Shown: positions 1 through 9,506, counted from the first letter of the stretch. The stretch: 64,000 bases of DNA from a virus (IMGVR_UViG_3300035099_000181:37071-101070); one strand, 5' to 3'. The notes: generated by a model from the letters alone, not told the origin. A program made the numbers and translations.

Positions 1-472
1 AGTGAGTTTGATTAGCAATTTAGTGTAAGCCTCTTAAGCGAGGAAACAGGATCGGATCAAGAGCGATATAAGGGCTAAACCGAGAGTCTCTTAAAAACGA
101 TTCTACGCTGTCTAAGAGGTGTTCCAAAGAGCCTCTCGAGGCTTACCCATCCTCCTTATATATATAGGACTGACCCGTAAAAAAGTTTCAGTCCGCCAAA
201 AATTTCTTTTCCAATCATTTCGGCTAGTTACGCGAAAATCAACGAAAATCCAAGAGAATCTATCAAAACGAGAGCCTTTCACACGGATCAAGGCTCTAAT
301 CTCCCCTAATCGGCTCCAATCCCACCGTACCGGATTTTACTTTTCCTAAAAAGGAGCGTATTTTTCTATTTAATGATGGTGAGGGTCTTTGAGATGGATG
401 GTGAGGGTTTTTGAGATGGCTTGACGGAGTTGGGGCGACAGAAAGCCCCGACGATCTTAAAGGAGGCAGGAG

Positions 473-607
473 ATGGACGATCTTTTAGAGAAAATCAGGG
501 AAGCGGCTGTCCGCGCTATTGCGGCGATGGACACGGCTTTATTAGAAGACGCGGTAGAGAACTGGGAGGTTGCTCTCCCAGAAATTGAGATGTTAATTTT
601 TTCTTGA
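473..607 (+). CDS. Small hypothetical protein (44 aa), copy 1
   Basis: AGGAGG/AGGAG RBS; MDDLLEKIREAAVRAIAAMDTALLEDAVENWEVALPEIEMLIFS; paralogue at 919. Confidence 0.6.
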   Translation: MDDLLEKIREAAVRAIAAMDTALLEDAVENWEVALPEIEMLIFS

Positions 608-918
608 CCAGCTTCCTCGACGGACTCTGTTCTGTCCGCCGAGGAGAGGATGACTGGGACTGACCCATGAAAAAAGTTTCAGTCCGCCAAAAATTTCTTT
701 TCCAATCATTTCGGCTAGTTACGCGAGAATCGACAAAAATCCAAGGGAATCTATCAAAACGAGAGCCTTTCACGTGAATCAAGGCTCTAATCTCTCCTAA
801 TCGGCTCTAATACCACCGTACCGGATTTTACTTTTCCTAAAAAGGGGCGTATTTTTCTATTTAATGATGGTGAGGGTTTTTGAGATCTTGACACTGATAA
901 TCTTAAAGGAGATAGGAG

Positions 919-1053
919 ATGGACATTTTAGAGAAAATCAGGGAAGCGGCTGTCCGCGCTATTGCGGCGATGGACGCCACGATAGTGGAGGATGCGGTAG
1001 AGAATTGGGAGGTTAACCTCCCAGAGATTGAATTTTTTCTTGTGACTGACTGA
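919..1053 (+). CDS. Small hypothetical protein (44 aa), copy 2
   Basis: AGGAG RBS; MDILEKIREAAVRAIAAMDATIVEDAVENWEVNLPEIEFFLVTD; reading frame conserved with copy 1. Confidence 0.6.
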   Translation: MDILEKIREAAVRAIAAMDATIVEDAVENWEVNLPEIEFFLVTD

Positions 1054-1113
1054 CCCGGCGACGGGGCATCGACCTTCTCGCCGATGCCCTGCAACGGGGC
1101 CAGTTTCAACCCG
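1048..1113. repeat. Intergenic hairpin element, copy 1 (second copy at 1887-1952)
   Basis: GACTGACCC.GCGACGGGGCATCG-[10 nt]-CGATGCCCTGCAACGGGGCCAGTTTCAACCCG is present twice. Confidence 0.9.
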
Positions 1114-1257
1114 AGGGAGTATTCCACCGAGGTGGCCAGGGCGCAACTCCCTGGCGGGCGGCTGGCCAAAGGGACGCTCTTACCCCGAGAGCATGTGAGG
1201 AGGGTGCGACTCCCTCCTGGGGGGAGCGTCCCAATTTAGAAAAGAAGGAGAGGGGAA

Positions 1258-1464
1258 ATGAACGACGACGCGAAGATCGGGCACATTCTTGTCCGTGATA
1301 TTTGCCGGAACGGCGGGCTTTTCCGCTGCCGCATTGTCAAAGTGACCGCCAAGACTCTGATCCTCGAGAACGACGTGAAAGTGCGTCGTTCCGATGGCTA
1401 CGAACTCGGGTCCCGCAGCAATCGCGGGTCCTGGGAGGGCGCTCGCTATTGGAGAGTGCCCTGA
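1258..1464 (+). CDS. Hypothetical protein
   Basis: Strong RBS (AGGAGAGGGG) before ATG; 68 aa. Confidence 0.6.
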   Translation: MNDDAKIGHILVRDICRNGGLFRCRIVKVTAKTLILENDVKVRRSDGYELGSRSNRGSWEGARYWRVP

Positions 1465-1535
1465 TTAGAGGGGATTGCATAAGGCCAGGCACGGGGCCTG
1501 GCCAGAAACGCCTGCAAGGGCAAGGGAGGGGAGCC

Positions 1536-1721
1536 ATGACGGCGGCGGACCTGAAGAAAGAAATCGCCCGGTTGGACGCGATAAACGCGCCCGACCGAGC
1601 ATACCGGTCGTTGTTCAGCTCAATGACGCGCCTCAGCCTGCGCCGCGGGCAAACATGGCGCGGGCGGGCCCTGGCCTGGTTGGCCAGGGAAACGGCCCTA
1701 CGGGGGCAAGGAGAGGAATGA
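1536..1721 (+). CDS. Hypothetical protein
   Basis: GGAGGGG RBS before ATG 1536; MTAADLKKEIARLD... Confidence 0.55.
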   Translation: MTAADLKKEIARLDAINAPDRAYRSLFSSMTRLSLRRGQTWRGRALAWLARETALRGQGEE

Positions 1722-1886
1722 ATGAAAATTTGTCAAAATTCTCAGGGCCAGGCCGAGGGCGGGTGTCGTGCGTTTTGCGACGCCTGCTGCAAGCCAGCAG
1801 ACGCGGCAGGCTGCGAGGCCTGCGCATGGACCGGTATCCAACAATACCGGTGCTCCGAGTGTGAACTCATTAGAGTTCAGCTCGGA

Positions 1887-1952
1887 GACTGACCCAGCGA
1901 CGGGGCATCGGCGAGAAGGTCGATGCCCTGCAACGGGGCCAGTTTCAACCCG
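1887..1952. repeat. Intergenic hairpin element, copy 2 (loop inverted relative to copy 1)
   Basis: Loop GCGAGAAGGT (1911-1920) is the reverse complement of ACCTTCTCGC (1072-1081). Confidence 0.9.
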
Positions 1953-2024
1953 GAAGAGTGTCACTCCCTCCTGGGGGGAGCGTCCCAAAAATTCTAACGC
2001 CCCTACGGGGACAAGGAGGAAAGA

Positions 2025-2372
2025 ATGAGAATTCGAGTTTGGAGAACAAGTGAGTGTTTTGGCGAGGTGTGTCCTCAGTGCGGGGGCCCGCTGCCGGAGA
2101 CAGAAGTTTGGACCGCCAGAACAGCGACTTTTTTTTGCTGCGCTGCCTGCGCGCTCGCAGGCACAGGTTATGCAGATCTCTCCGCCGCGATTGAGGCGCT
2201 TGACGCTCGCGGGGAGGAGATAGAGGCCCTCCTGGCGATTTTGAGCCAGGAGGGGTTCGGCGGTCGAGAGGACATCGCGACGACGGACACCGCCTGCCAG
2301 CTCCTCGCAGAGGAGCGGCTGGTGTGGCTACGGGACACGCGAATCGCCGACGAGCGATCCGCCGGACGGTAA
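2025..2372 (+). CDS. Hypothetical protein with Cys-rich (Zn-ribbon-like) N-terminus
   Basis: AGGAGG RBS; CPQCGG...FCCAAC. Confidence 0.6.
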   Translation: MRIRVWRTSECFGEVCPQCGGPLPETEVWTARTATFFCCAACALAGTGYADLSAAIEALDARGEEIEALLAILSQEGFGGREDIATTDTACQLLAEERLVWLRDTRIADERSAGR

Positions 2373-2378
2373 ATTTGA

Positions 2379-2414
2379 GGCTGCCTGGGGAATTTTCCCT
2401 GGGTGGCCTTTTTT
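2379..2414 (+). terminator. Intrinsic terminator-like hairpin
   Basis: GGCTGCCTGGGGAA/TTCCCTGGGTGGCC stem followed by a T6 tract just after the stop at 2372. Confidence 0.65.
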
Positions 2415-2440
2415 ATTTCAATGCCTGAGGGAGGAGTGAG

Positions 2441-3148
2441 ATGGATCGGGAAGAACTTGAGAGAATAGTAAGAGAGGCGCGACAAATCGGGCATACGCCC
2501 GATCTAAATGGCGCCGACCTGTGCGGCATCAACCTGCGCGGCATCGACTTGAGCGATGCTAACTTAAACGGCGCCGATTTCTACGGCGCCAATTTAAATG
2601 GCACTGATTTAACCAACGCCGACCTGTGCGGCGCCGACCTCAATGGAGTCGATTTGCGGGAAGCCGACCTGGTAGGTGCCAGGTTGGTCGATGCCGATTT
2701 GCGGGAGGCCAATTTGATAGGCGCCGACTTAAGCGCCGCTGATTTGCACTGGGGCAAATTAAGCGGCAGCTGTCTGCGCGAGGCCGATTTCCACGGCGCC
2801 TGTTTAAATGGCGCCGATTTGAGCGGCGCTAACTTGATGGGCGCCAATTTAACAGATGCCAATTTAACAGATGCCAATTTAACAGGCGCCGACTTGAGCG
2901 GCGCCATAACGGATCAGCATATCTGGTCCGTAGACGGGATTGGCTCCGCCAGGCGGCGGACAACGTATTGGCTTGAGGCAGACCGTATATACTGCGGCTG
3001 CCAAACTTATACTCTGGCCGAATTCAGGGCCAGAGTTGGTCAGGAATACCCTGACCTATCAAGTATTTATCGTCGTCAGTACGAGGCGGCCGTGGCGTAT
3101 TTCGAGACGCTGGCCACAATCGCGAGGGGAACGTCCCAAAAATTCTAA
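2441..3148 (+). CDS. Pentapeptide-repeat protein
   Basis: Many A(D/N)Lxx repeats (ADLNG, ANLTD, ADLSG) plus a short C-terminal domain. Confidence 0.92.
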   Translation: MDREELERIVREARQIGHTPDLNGADLCGINLRGIDLSDANLNGADFYGANLNGTDLTNADLCGADLNGVDLREADLVGARLVDADLREANLIGADLSAADLHWGKLSGSCLREADFHGACLNGADLSGANLMGANLTDANLTDANLTGADLSGAITDQHIWSVDGIGSARRRTTYWLEADRIYCGCQTYTLAEFRARVGQEYPDLSSIYRRQYEAAVAYFETLATIARGTSQKF

Positions 3149-3179
3149 CGCCCCTACTGGGGCAGGGGAGGAGCAGAAA

Positions 3180-3500
3180 ATGAAGATTAAAATTCAAACC
3201 AGGAAAGAGATATCATCTTCCGGCGTGGAAGGACGCCGAATCATGGGGGTGTCGGCACTCAGGAGGAAAGAGTTGCCGACACTTTATCTCAACCAGAAAC
3301 CCTCGGCGTACCTCTGGGAGGACCCGGGGTACCTTCAGGTCGACAGGGACTGGATTTGTGTAGATGATTTCTTGGAAGAAGCCCGCTTCCAAGAAATCGT
3401 AGAATTTCTTCGCGCTTGCGGCGAGCGGCTGCACCAGATCAATCGTGAGCTGAAAGCAAAGCGAGCGGTCTGGACCGGGGATGAAACATTTGTGATCTGA
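3180..3500 (+). CDS. Hypothetical protein
   Basis: GGAGGAG RBS before ATG 3180; MKIKIQTRKE... Confidence 0.6.
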   Translation: MKIKIQTRKEISSSGVEGRRIMGVSALRRKELPTLYLNQKPSAYLWEDPGYLQVDRDWICVDDFLEEARFQEIVEFLRACGERLHQINRELKAKRAVWTGDETFVI

Positions 3501-3635
3501 TGCCCGATGGGCAGAAGGAAAGGAGGTGAGACAATGAGCAAAAAGCCCGCGAAGGGCAATTCTTGAATTCACCGTAGGGCAGGACCGAGAATCCTGCCAC
3601 TCGGCGAACCCAAGAAAAAAGGAAGATCAATCGTT

Positions 3636-6218
3636 ATGAAGCTAATAAAGAAGGGGGACAAGTTTGTTGCCGTGTCCACCTACGCTGAAAAAGACATCCC
3701 AAAAGGGGCGGGGTTCCGCTGGGATCCCGCTAATAGATTTTGGTGGACGAGCGACCTGGCCAAGGCTAACAGCCTAGCCCAGTTCGCCGACGACAATGTG
3801 AGAGCCGAGCTGGAGGCTGCCAAGCGGGAGCGCAAGGCTTCCATTGAAGCATCCAGAGCGAAGGATGCTGGCATCCAAATTCCCGCACCAGATGGTCTCG
3901 CGTATTTACCATTCCAGAAGGCCGGAGTCGCGTATGCTATCGAACACCAAACGACTCTCATGGCCGACGAGATGGGGCTTGGAAAGACCATCCAGGCTAT
4001 CGGAGTCATAAATTCCCTGCCTGAGATCAGATCCGTCCTGGTCATCTGCCCTGCCTCCCTAAAAATCAATTGGAAAAGGGAGTTGGACAAATGGCTCATT
4101 AGACAGCTTTGCGTCGAGATCGCCAACATCGGGAGCTTCCCGTCTTCAGATATCGTGGTGATTAACTACGATATTTTGGCCAAGCACGCCTCAGCAATTC
4201 ACGCCCGGAAGTGGGATCTTCTTGTAATAGATGAGGCTCATTATTGTTTTCCGGAAAATACAAAAGTTAGTACGTCAGAAGGCGAGATTTCTATATCTCA
4301 AATAGTCAACAATAGGATAGACGTGTTAGTTAAGTCTTATAATTTATCTAATAGTGCAATAGAATGGAAACGAATAACGCACTTTCACAAGCACCCTCAA
4401 TATGGGGAACTTGTGAAAATTGTTCACGAGAAAGGAGAATTGATTTGCACAAAAGATCATCAGCTTTGGACTGGGGCTCAATATGAGGAAGCCTCGAAGA
4501 GTTGTGGAAAGAATTTGCAAATATTGCAAGAAACCTTTTCTCCAAATACCTACAGAGTATTCAATACGGACTGCTCCCATAAAATCACTGATCCCAAATC
4601 TTCCGTCATGCCACAAGATAGATCTTGCAATCCCAGAACGAAAGTTAGCAATAGAAATAGACGGGCGATTGCATTCAGTTGCCCGAATGGAGAAATTGGA
4701 TCAAAAGAAGACGGAAGTCTTAAAAGTTCTCGGGTGGTCCGTGTTGAGGTTCTCAAACGAGGAGGTTCTGAACAATCTGAAATTAGTGGTGGAGAAAATT
4801 ATGTTTACTGCTTAAGCATCCAAGATAACGAAAACTTTTTTGCGGATGGGGTATTAGTATCCAACTGCAAAAATCCCAAGGCCCAAAGAACGCAAAATAT
4901 CTTGGGCAAGTGGGATCGGGACCCAGCCAAGGCCATTCCAGCTATCCAAGCCAAACGGAAGCTGTTCCTGTCCGGGACATTCATCACAAATGGCCGTCCT
5001 ATCGAGCTTTGGCCCGTCATCCGCTCGATCCAGGCAGACGGGCTGAAGATGTCATGGGAGCAATACGTTACACGGTATTGCAATGCCCGCCGGAATCGCT
5101 ACGGATGGGATGTAAGCGGAGCGAGCAATCTAGAGGAATTGCAGGAGAAGCTCCGAGCCTCCGTAATGGTCAGACGCTTGAAAAAAGATGTCCTGACTGA
5201 ACTTCCACCCAAGCGGCGGCAAGTGATAGAGCTGCCAGTTAACGGCGTGACTTCAGTTATTCTGGAGCAAAAGGCTTGGGCCGCGCAGGAGGGCAACCTT
5301 CTGAGACTCAAAGCCGCTGTCGAGCTGGCGAAGGCGTCAGAAGACGAGGGCGAGTATGAAGCGGCCGTCAAAGCACTCCGGGGAGGCACAGGAGCTGCGT
5401 TTACGGAGATGTCCGTCCTGCGTCACAAGACGGCACTCGCGAAAGTTCCCATGGTCATCGAGCACATCCAGGAAGCCCTTGAGGCATCCGGCAAAGTGGT
5501 CCTGTTTTGCCATCACAAAGATGTCGCGGCCAAGGTCGCGGCGGAGTTCGACGGGACTTGCGTGACAGTGACCGGTGACGACAAGATCGCCGAGCGGCAG
5601 GCCTGCGTCGACAAGTTCCAAGCGGACCCCAAGGTCCAGCTATTTGTTGGGACGATAGGCGCGGCTGGCCTAGGCATAACTCTGACGGCCTCTGCCCATG
5701 TTGTATTTGCAGAATTGGACTGGGTGCCCGGCAACGTGACCCAGGCCGAGGACAGGCTTCACAGGATCGGGCAAGCAGGGAGCATCTTGGTACAGCACCT
5801 AGTTCTGGAGGGCAGTCTTGACGCGACAATGGCCAAGACCCTGATTGCTAAGCAAGACAATATCGACCGGGCATTGGACAGAGAGTTTGCGGAGCAAGAG
5901 AAGTCCGAGCCTGTGCTGCCTATCGCCACCTCCGATCTTCCCTCGCGCAAGACCGTGGAGCGGGAGGCGAAGGACATGTCCGAGAAGCAGATCAGCGCTA
6001 TTCACAAAGCACTCGGTTTGCTGGCTGGGCGGTGCGACGGGGCGAGGAAGAAGGACGAGATGGGATTTGACCGGCTTGACACACTGATAGGGCGCAATCT
6101 GGCCTACGCCGACAAGTTGACAGCGAAGCAGGCCGCGCTCGGGAGGCGAATCCTACTCAAGTATCACAAACAGCTTCCTGAGGAGGTAGCAACTGCTTGC
6201 AAAAATCCAACAATATGA
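3636..6218 (+). CDS. SNF2/HARP-like SF2 helicase containing an intein
   Basis: ADEMGLGKT (motif I), VICPASL, DEAH (motif II), LSGT, GLGITLT, QAEDRLHRIGQ (motif VI). Confidence 0.92.
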   Translation: MKLIKKGDKFVAVSTYAEKDIPKGAGFRWDPANRFWWTSDLAKANSLAQFADDNVRAELEAAKRERKASIEASRAKDAGIQIPAPDGLAYLPFQKAGVAYAIEHQTTLMADEMGLGKTIQAIGVINSLPEIRSVLVICPASLKINWKRELDKWLIRQLCVEIANIGSFPSSDIVVINYDILAKHASAIHARKWDLLVIDEAHYCFPENTKVSTSEGEISISQIVNNRIDVLVKSYNLSNSAIEWKRITHFHKHPQYGELVKIVHEKGELICTKDHQLWTGAQYEEASKSCGKNLQILQETFSPNTYRVFNTDCSHKITDPKSSVMPQDRSCNPRTKVSNRNRRAIAFSCPNGEIGSKEDGSLKSSRVVRVEVLKRGGSEQSEISGGENYVYCLSIQDNENFFADGVLVSNCKNPKAQRTQNILGKWDRDPAKAIPAIQAKRKLFLSGTFITNGRPIELWPVIRSIQADGLKMSWEQYVTRYCNARRNRYGWDVSGASNLEELQEKLRASVMVRRLKKDVLTELPPKRRQVIELPVNGVTSVILEQKAWAAQEGNLLRLKAAVELAKASEDEGEYEAAVKALRGGTGAAFTEMSVLRHKTALAKVPMVIEHIQEALEASGKVVLFCHHKDVAAKVAAEFDGTCVTVTGDDKIAERQACVDKFQADPKVQLFVGTIGAAGLGITLTASAHVVFAELDWVPGNVTQAEDRLHRIGQAGSILVQHLVLEGSLDATMAKTLIAKQDNIDRALDREFAEQEKSEPVLPIATSDLPSRKTVEREAKDMSEKQISAIHKALGLLAGRCDGARKKDEMGFDRLDTLIGRNLAYADKLTAKQAALGRRILLKYHKQLPEEVATACKNPTI
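4245..4865 (+). mobile_element. Intein (207 aa) inserted just after the DEAH Walker B motif
   Basis: Starts CFPENTKV (block A), CTKDHQLW (block B TxxH), VYCLSIQDNENFFADGVLVSN/C (blocks F/G, +1 Cys); removal restores DEAHY-CKNPKAQRT; AT-richer than its flanks. Confidence 0.9.
4483..4815 (+). CDS. Vsr/DUF559-like PD-(D/E)xK endonuclease overprinted in the +1 frame inside the intein
   Basis: KIDLAIPERKLAIEIDGRLH...DQKKTEVLKVLGWSVLRFSNEEV matches the DUF559/Vsr pattern (D-x8-EIDG-x2-H; D..K...L...GW.VLRF). Confidence 0.75.
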   Translation: MRKPRRVVERICKYCKKPFLQIPTEYSIRTAPIKSLIPNLPSCHKIDLAIPERKLAIEIDGRLHSVARMEKLDQKKTEVLKVLGWSVLRFSNEEVLNNLKLVVEKIMFTA

Positions 6219-6288
6219 ATGTTGGGCAAGGAGTTTATATCGTTCATCTGACCCTCACGAATGTATAAAAGTATGGGGAAAATTAACT

Positions 6289-6903
6289 ATGAATACTTTG
6301 TTTCAAGAAAAACCGCAAGTAGTAAAATCTATACAAAATAGTGATAGAGATGTTTTGGCAGCAATAAGACAATTATATCTAAACAACAAAAACTTTGATT
6401 TAGACCCTTGTTATTCTGTTGGCAAGTTTTATGAGGATTTAGAAAGACCATTCCATAAATTAGATAAAATCCCGCAAGATGATGAAGTTATTCAAAATGA
6501 TATTATGAATGGGCTACCATATTCGGCAAATACAATGGAAAGTATTGTATTTGACCCACCTTTTATGTTTAGACCACACGGGCAAGCAAAAAATAACATA
6601 ATGGCCAAGAGATTTATGATGTTTGATAGTTGGGCGGAACTTGAAAGTATGTACAAAAAATCTCTTGAGCAATTTTATATTGTTCTAAAAAAGGGTGGAA
6701 TAGTTGCATTCAAATGCCAAGATTATACTGATAGCAGGACTACGCTTACTCATTGTTTTGTTCATAATTGGGCATTAGAACGGGGATTTAGAGTAGAGGA
6801 TTTGTTTATTGTGGCTTTTAAGGGTGGCAGAATTTGGAATAGCAAGCTCACACAAAAACACGCAAGAAAATACCATTCTTACTGGTTAGTGTTGAAAAAA
6901 TAA
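6289..6903 (+). CDS. Putative amino-(N6-adenine/N4-cytosine) DNA methyltransferase
   Basis: LDPCYSVG (motif I-like) and IVFDPPF (DPPY-like catalytic motif); visibly AT-rich. Confidence 0.7.
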   Translation: MNTLFQEKPQVVKSIQNSDRDVLAAIRQLYLNNKNFDLDPCYSVGKFYEDLERPFHKLDKIPQDDEVIQNDIMNGLPYSANTMESIVFDPPFMFRPHGQAKNNIMAKRFMMFDSWAELESMYKKSLEQFYIVLKKGGIVAFKCQDYTDSRTTLTHCFVHNWALERGFRVEDLFIVAFKGGRIWNSKLTQKHARKYHSYWLVLKK

Positions 6904-6972
6904 AGGCAATTAATTCATTATCTCGCAGTTCCAGTGCAATCACAGGCATGACTGGCCGAAAGGAGAAGGGAA

Positions 6973-7278
6973 ATGAAAGCGAAGATCTACGTTTGTGGCA
7001 AGACGTCGGCGACTCTCACGACGGAGTCGCCAAGTTCCCATTACGGAATCCCAGTCCTGCGCCTAGAAGGGTCTAAGGTTTTGGACCCTCTTCCTGATCT
7101 TGGCCCTGCAGACAGGATGCCTTCTGGCCTGACCGCCGCCGACCTGGTGGTAGCCTGCGCGATGGGAGAGTTGTATGCGGGGTTCGGGGGCAGGATCGTC
7201 CCGATGTCTCGCAGAACTAAAGCAGCGGCGAGGGCCTTCCTGGCGCAGTGGCCGAAGGGCCCTCAGTTCGGAGGTTAG
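6973..7278 (+). CDS. Hypothetical protein
   Basis: AGGAG RBS; 101 aa. Confidence 0.6.
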   Translation: MKAKIYVCGKTSATLTTESPSSHYGIPVLRLEGSKVLDPLPDLGPADRMPSGLTAADLVVACAMGELYAGFGGRIVPMSRRTKAAARAFLAQWPKGPQFGG

Positions 7279-7498
7279 TCTTTTGGATAGGGGCAGAGCT
7301 GAGAGAACTCCAAGAAGGTCCAGGGCATTCGAGGGATAGACGAAGACCTGCGAGTGAATCGTGGACTTTGGCACCTCATGTCCGAAATGGCCAAACTGAA
7401 GGGCGCAATTGCATAATGCCTTACGGTAGGGCAGGAAACCAAGGAAGTCCTGCCCGTCCTCGAAGTCATTGGCAAGAAGATCAAAGAAAGAAGATAAC

Positions 7499-7708
7499 AT
7501 GACATACGAAAAGTCATTGATAGACCTGTCCGACAAGGGCAGGAAAGAAGGCAAGAAGCTGAGGTATGAGGTAGGCGTCTTCTGGGCGCAGAACCAAGAC
7601 GAGCCAGAGATAGTGGCGAAGTTTAGGTGCTACGGTGACGCCTTCGCGTTCGCGACAAAATTACAAGTGGCGCCTGTCTACAAATACCAGGTCGTCATAA
7701 GGAGCTAA
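7499..7708 (+). CDS. Hypothetical protein
   Basis: ORF MTYEKSLIDL..., 69 aa, in the co-oriented early-gene run. Confidence 0.5.
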   Translation: MTYEKSLIDLSDKGRKEGKKLRYEVGVFWAQNQDEPEIVAKFRCYGDAFAFATKLQVAPVYKYQVVIRS

Positions 7709-7858
7709 GATGTCCACAATCTGGTGATAAGATTAAGGAGGAAAGAGATGAAAAACGTAGAGATAGAATTGAAAGGAGACAAAACACAAGTGCTAGGAAT
7801 GTGATCTCTGCCGGTAGTGATTTCGCTATCTCTAATTGAGAGCTAAAAGGAGGAGAGC

Positions 7859-8035
7859 ATGAAAAACGTTGAGGCACAGGTAAAGGGAGACAAGTTGGTC
7901 ATCACGGTGGACTTGAAGATCGACCTGGGGCCGTCCAAATCGGGCAAGACCCAGATGATCGCCACAAGCGAGGGCAACATCCGAATTCCAGGCCGCGACG
8001 AGTTCGTAGGCCTGAACGTCTACCGACAGAAGTAG
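7859..8035 (+). CDS. Small hypothetical protein (58 aa; below the ORF-track cutoff)
   Basis: AGGAGGAG RBS; MKNVEAQVKGDKLVITVDLKIDLGPSKSGKTQMIATSEGNIRIPGRDEFVGLNVYRQK. Confidence 0.7.
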   Translation: MKNVEAQVKGDKLVITVDLKIDLGPSKSGKTQMIATSEGNIRIPGRDEFVGLNVYRQK

Positions 8036-8106
8036 GGCTGAGGATGAGGGTAGGGCCTGGGGAGTCCTGCCCGATTCTTGAACCCTACAACAGGAAAGGA
8101 GGAGAC

Positions 8107-8334
8107 ATGAAGGGAAAGGAAGAGTTTGGAATAAAGCAGTTTGTGGCCGTAGTGCAAGCCTCTTCCGGCAGCAAATTCATGGTTTTTACGACAGGGAGCC
8201 CGAAGCACTACATGTTCTCTGTGCTCGACAACAATGGATGCCAAGGAGACCTGATGTGGAGCGTGGCAAAGGCGGACTTGCGGGATGATATACGCAGAAT
8301 GCTGGCGCATGGATACGGGAACTGCGTCCTGTGA
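8107..8334 (+). CDS. Hypothetical protein
   Basis: AGGAGGAG RBS before ATG 8107. Confidence 0.55.
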   Translation: MKGKEEFGIKQFVAVVQASSGSKFMVFTTGSPKHYMFSVLDNNGCQGDLMWSVAKADLRDDIRRMLAHGYGNCVL

Positions 8335-8504
8335 AAGGAGGAGGCATGAAGAAGAGCGACGGGCTGACCTAAAGAAGCGCCTGAAAAAGAACGGATGCGA
8401 AAGATGTATTTACATTTACGGAAGGCCATTGCGGAACTTCTAAAGCCGCACAACGTCAAGCGGCAAAGGAGCAAGTTCTTCTAGCTTTTGAGAAGGAGGA
8501 AGAG

Positions 8505-9506
8505 ATGGAAAAAATTATCAGACGAGAGTTCAACGCTAAGTGCACATCAATTGTGCTACACGCCGGAGAGTATATTCGGGGACGTGTAGCGCACTCCTCA
8601 AGGACAGGATTGTCGGGCATAATAGAGCACAAAGTTCGCCCGACTGACCTGCTTGTATCAGGCTTTCGATCAGACTCCCTGCCCTGTGATTTACCTGAGA
8701 CATTCTTCGTTTTCAAAGGACATGGGAGCAATCCCACTGATCCTATTTTATTCCATAGAGAAGCGGAAAACATTTATTCCGCAACCTTGTTGGACATTCA
8801 ATCTGAATGCCCAGCACCAGAAAAACCCGTGCCTGCACCATGGTGGGCACAGGTAGCAGATGTTTTTGTGCCGGAGTGTGCATATCAGTTAGACGTAGCC
8901 TGGGCACTCTGGCGTGCTCAAACTCCTCCGTGTGGTGGTCCTTGTAGGCACGGCGTCATAGTTGACGCCATCAAGGTGTTTTCGGAGCTGGACGCGAATG
9001 ATGCGCATGTTCGGCTGCCGTTCTTCCTATCTTCAGAATCCTCAGATTGGGCACTTGCGCCGCCTAAAGAGGGGGCGACAAAGGATCTAGGACTCATCAT
9101 TTCACGGTACGGACACTTTGCACGAATCTCTTGTTGGTCCCTGGTAGCAAAAAACTTTTATGCTCGCCTTGCAACCGGGGAGCGAGCGGAAGATTTGTAT
9201 AGCTCCGTGGTCTCTTACCAGGGCATTTTACTGGATAAGAACTACGGAACGCCTTTTGTCATTGGGTGCAAAAAGTTCACACCCAAGGAGGAAGGCATTT
9301 GGTTCGAGTGCGGCGGCAAAATGATGTGTGCTCCGTGGGGCGAGTGGATCGTCCTACCTGAGAGACTCGTCAACGAGGCGATTCCGTATTATCGGAGAAT
9401 TAACGAGGGAGGTTTTACCGTCCCTCCCTTAAGCCTTCGCATAGAAGAGCGCGAAAGGAGGGGAGAAGCTAGCGAATGGTACGGACTCGCTACGCTGAAT
9501 GCATAA
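8505..9506 (+). CDS. Hypothetical protein (333 aa)
   Basis: Long ORF with AGGAGG RBS; no motif recognised. Confidence 0.6.
   Translation: MEKIIRREFNAKCTSIVLHAGEYIRGRVAHSSRTGLSGIIEHKVRPTDLLVSGFRSDSLPCDLPETFFVFKGHGSNPTDPILFHREAENIYSATLLDIQSECPAPEKPVPAPWWAQVADVFVPECAYQLDVAWALWRAQTPPCGGPCRHGVIVDAIKVFSELDANDAHVRLPFFLSSESSDWALAPPKEGATKDLGLIISRYGHFARISCWSLVAKNFYARLATGERAEDLYSSVVSYQGILLDKNYGTPFVIGCKKFTPKEEGIWFECGGKMMCAPWGEWIVLPERLVNEAIPYYRRINEGGFTVPPLSLRIEERERRGEASEWYGLATLNA

Larger units (their letters stand above)
167..1056. repeat. Imperfect tandem duplication (~490-bp first unit; copies start at 167 and 657), each carrying a ~230-bp upstream region and a 44-aa ORF
   Basis: GGACTGACCC...AAAAAAGTTTCAGTCCGCCAAAAATTTCTTTTCCAATCATTTCGGCTAGTTACGCGA... 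occurs at 167 and 657; the downstream RBS and ORF are also duplicated. Confidence 0.9.

Noticed and set aside
8347-8504. Upstream extension of the 8505 ORF
   Set aside because: It needs readthrough of both a TAA and a TGA, and ATG 8505 has its own strong RBS.
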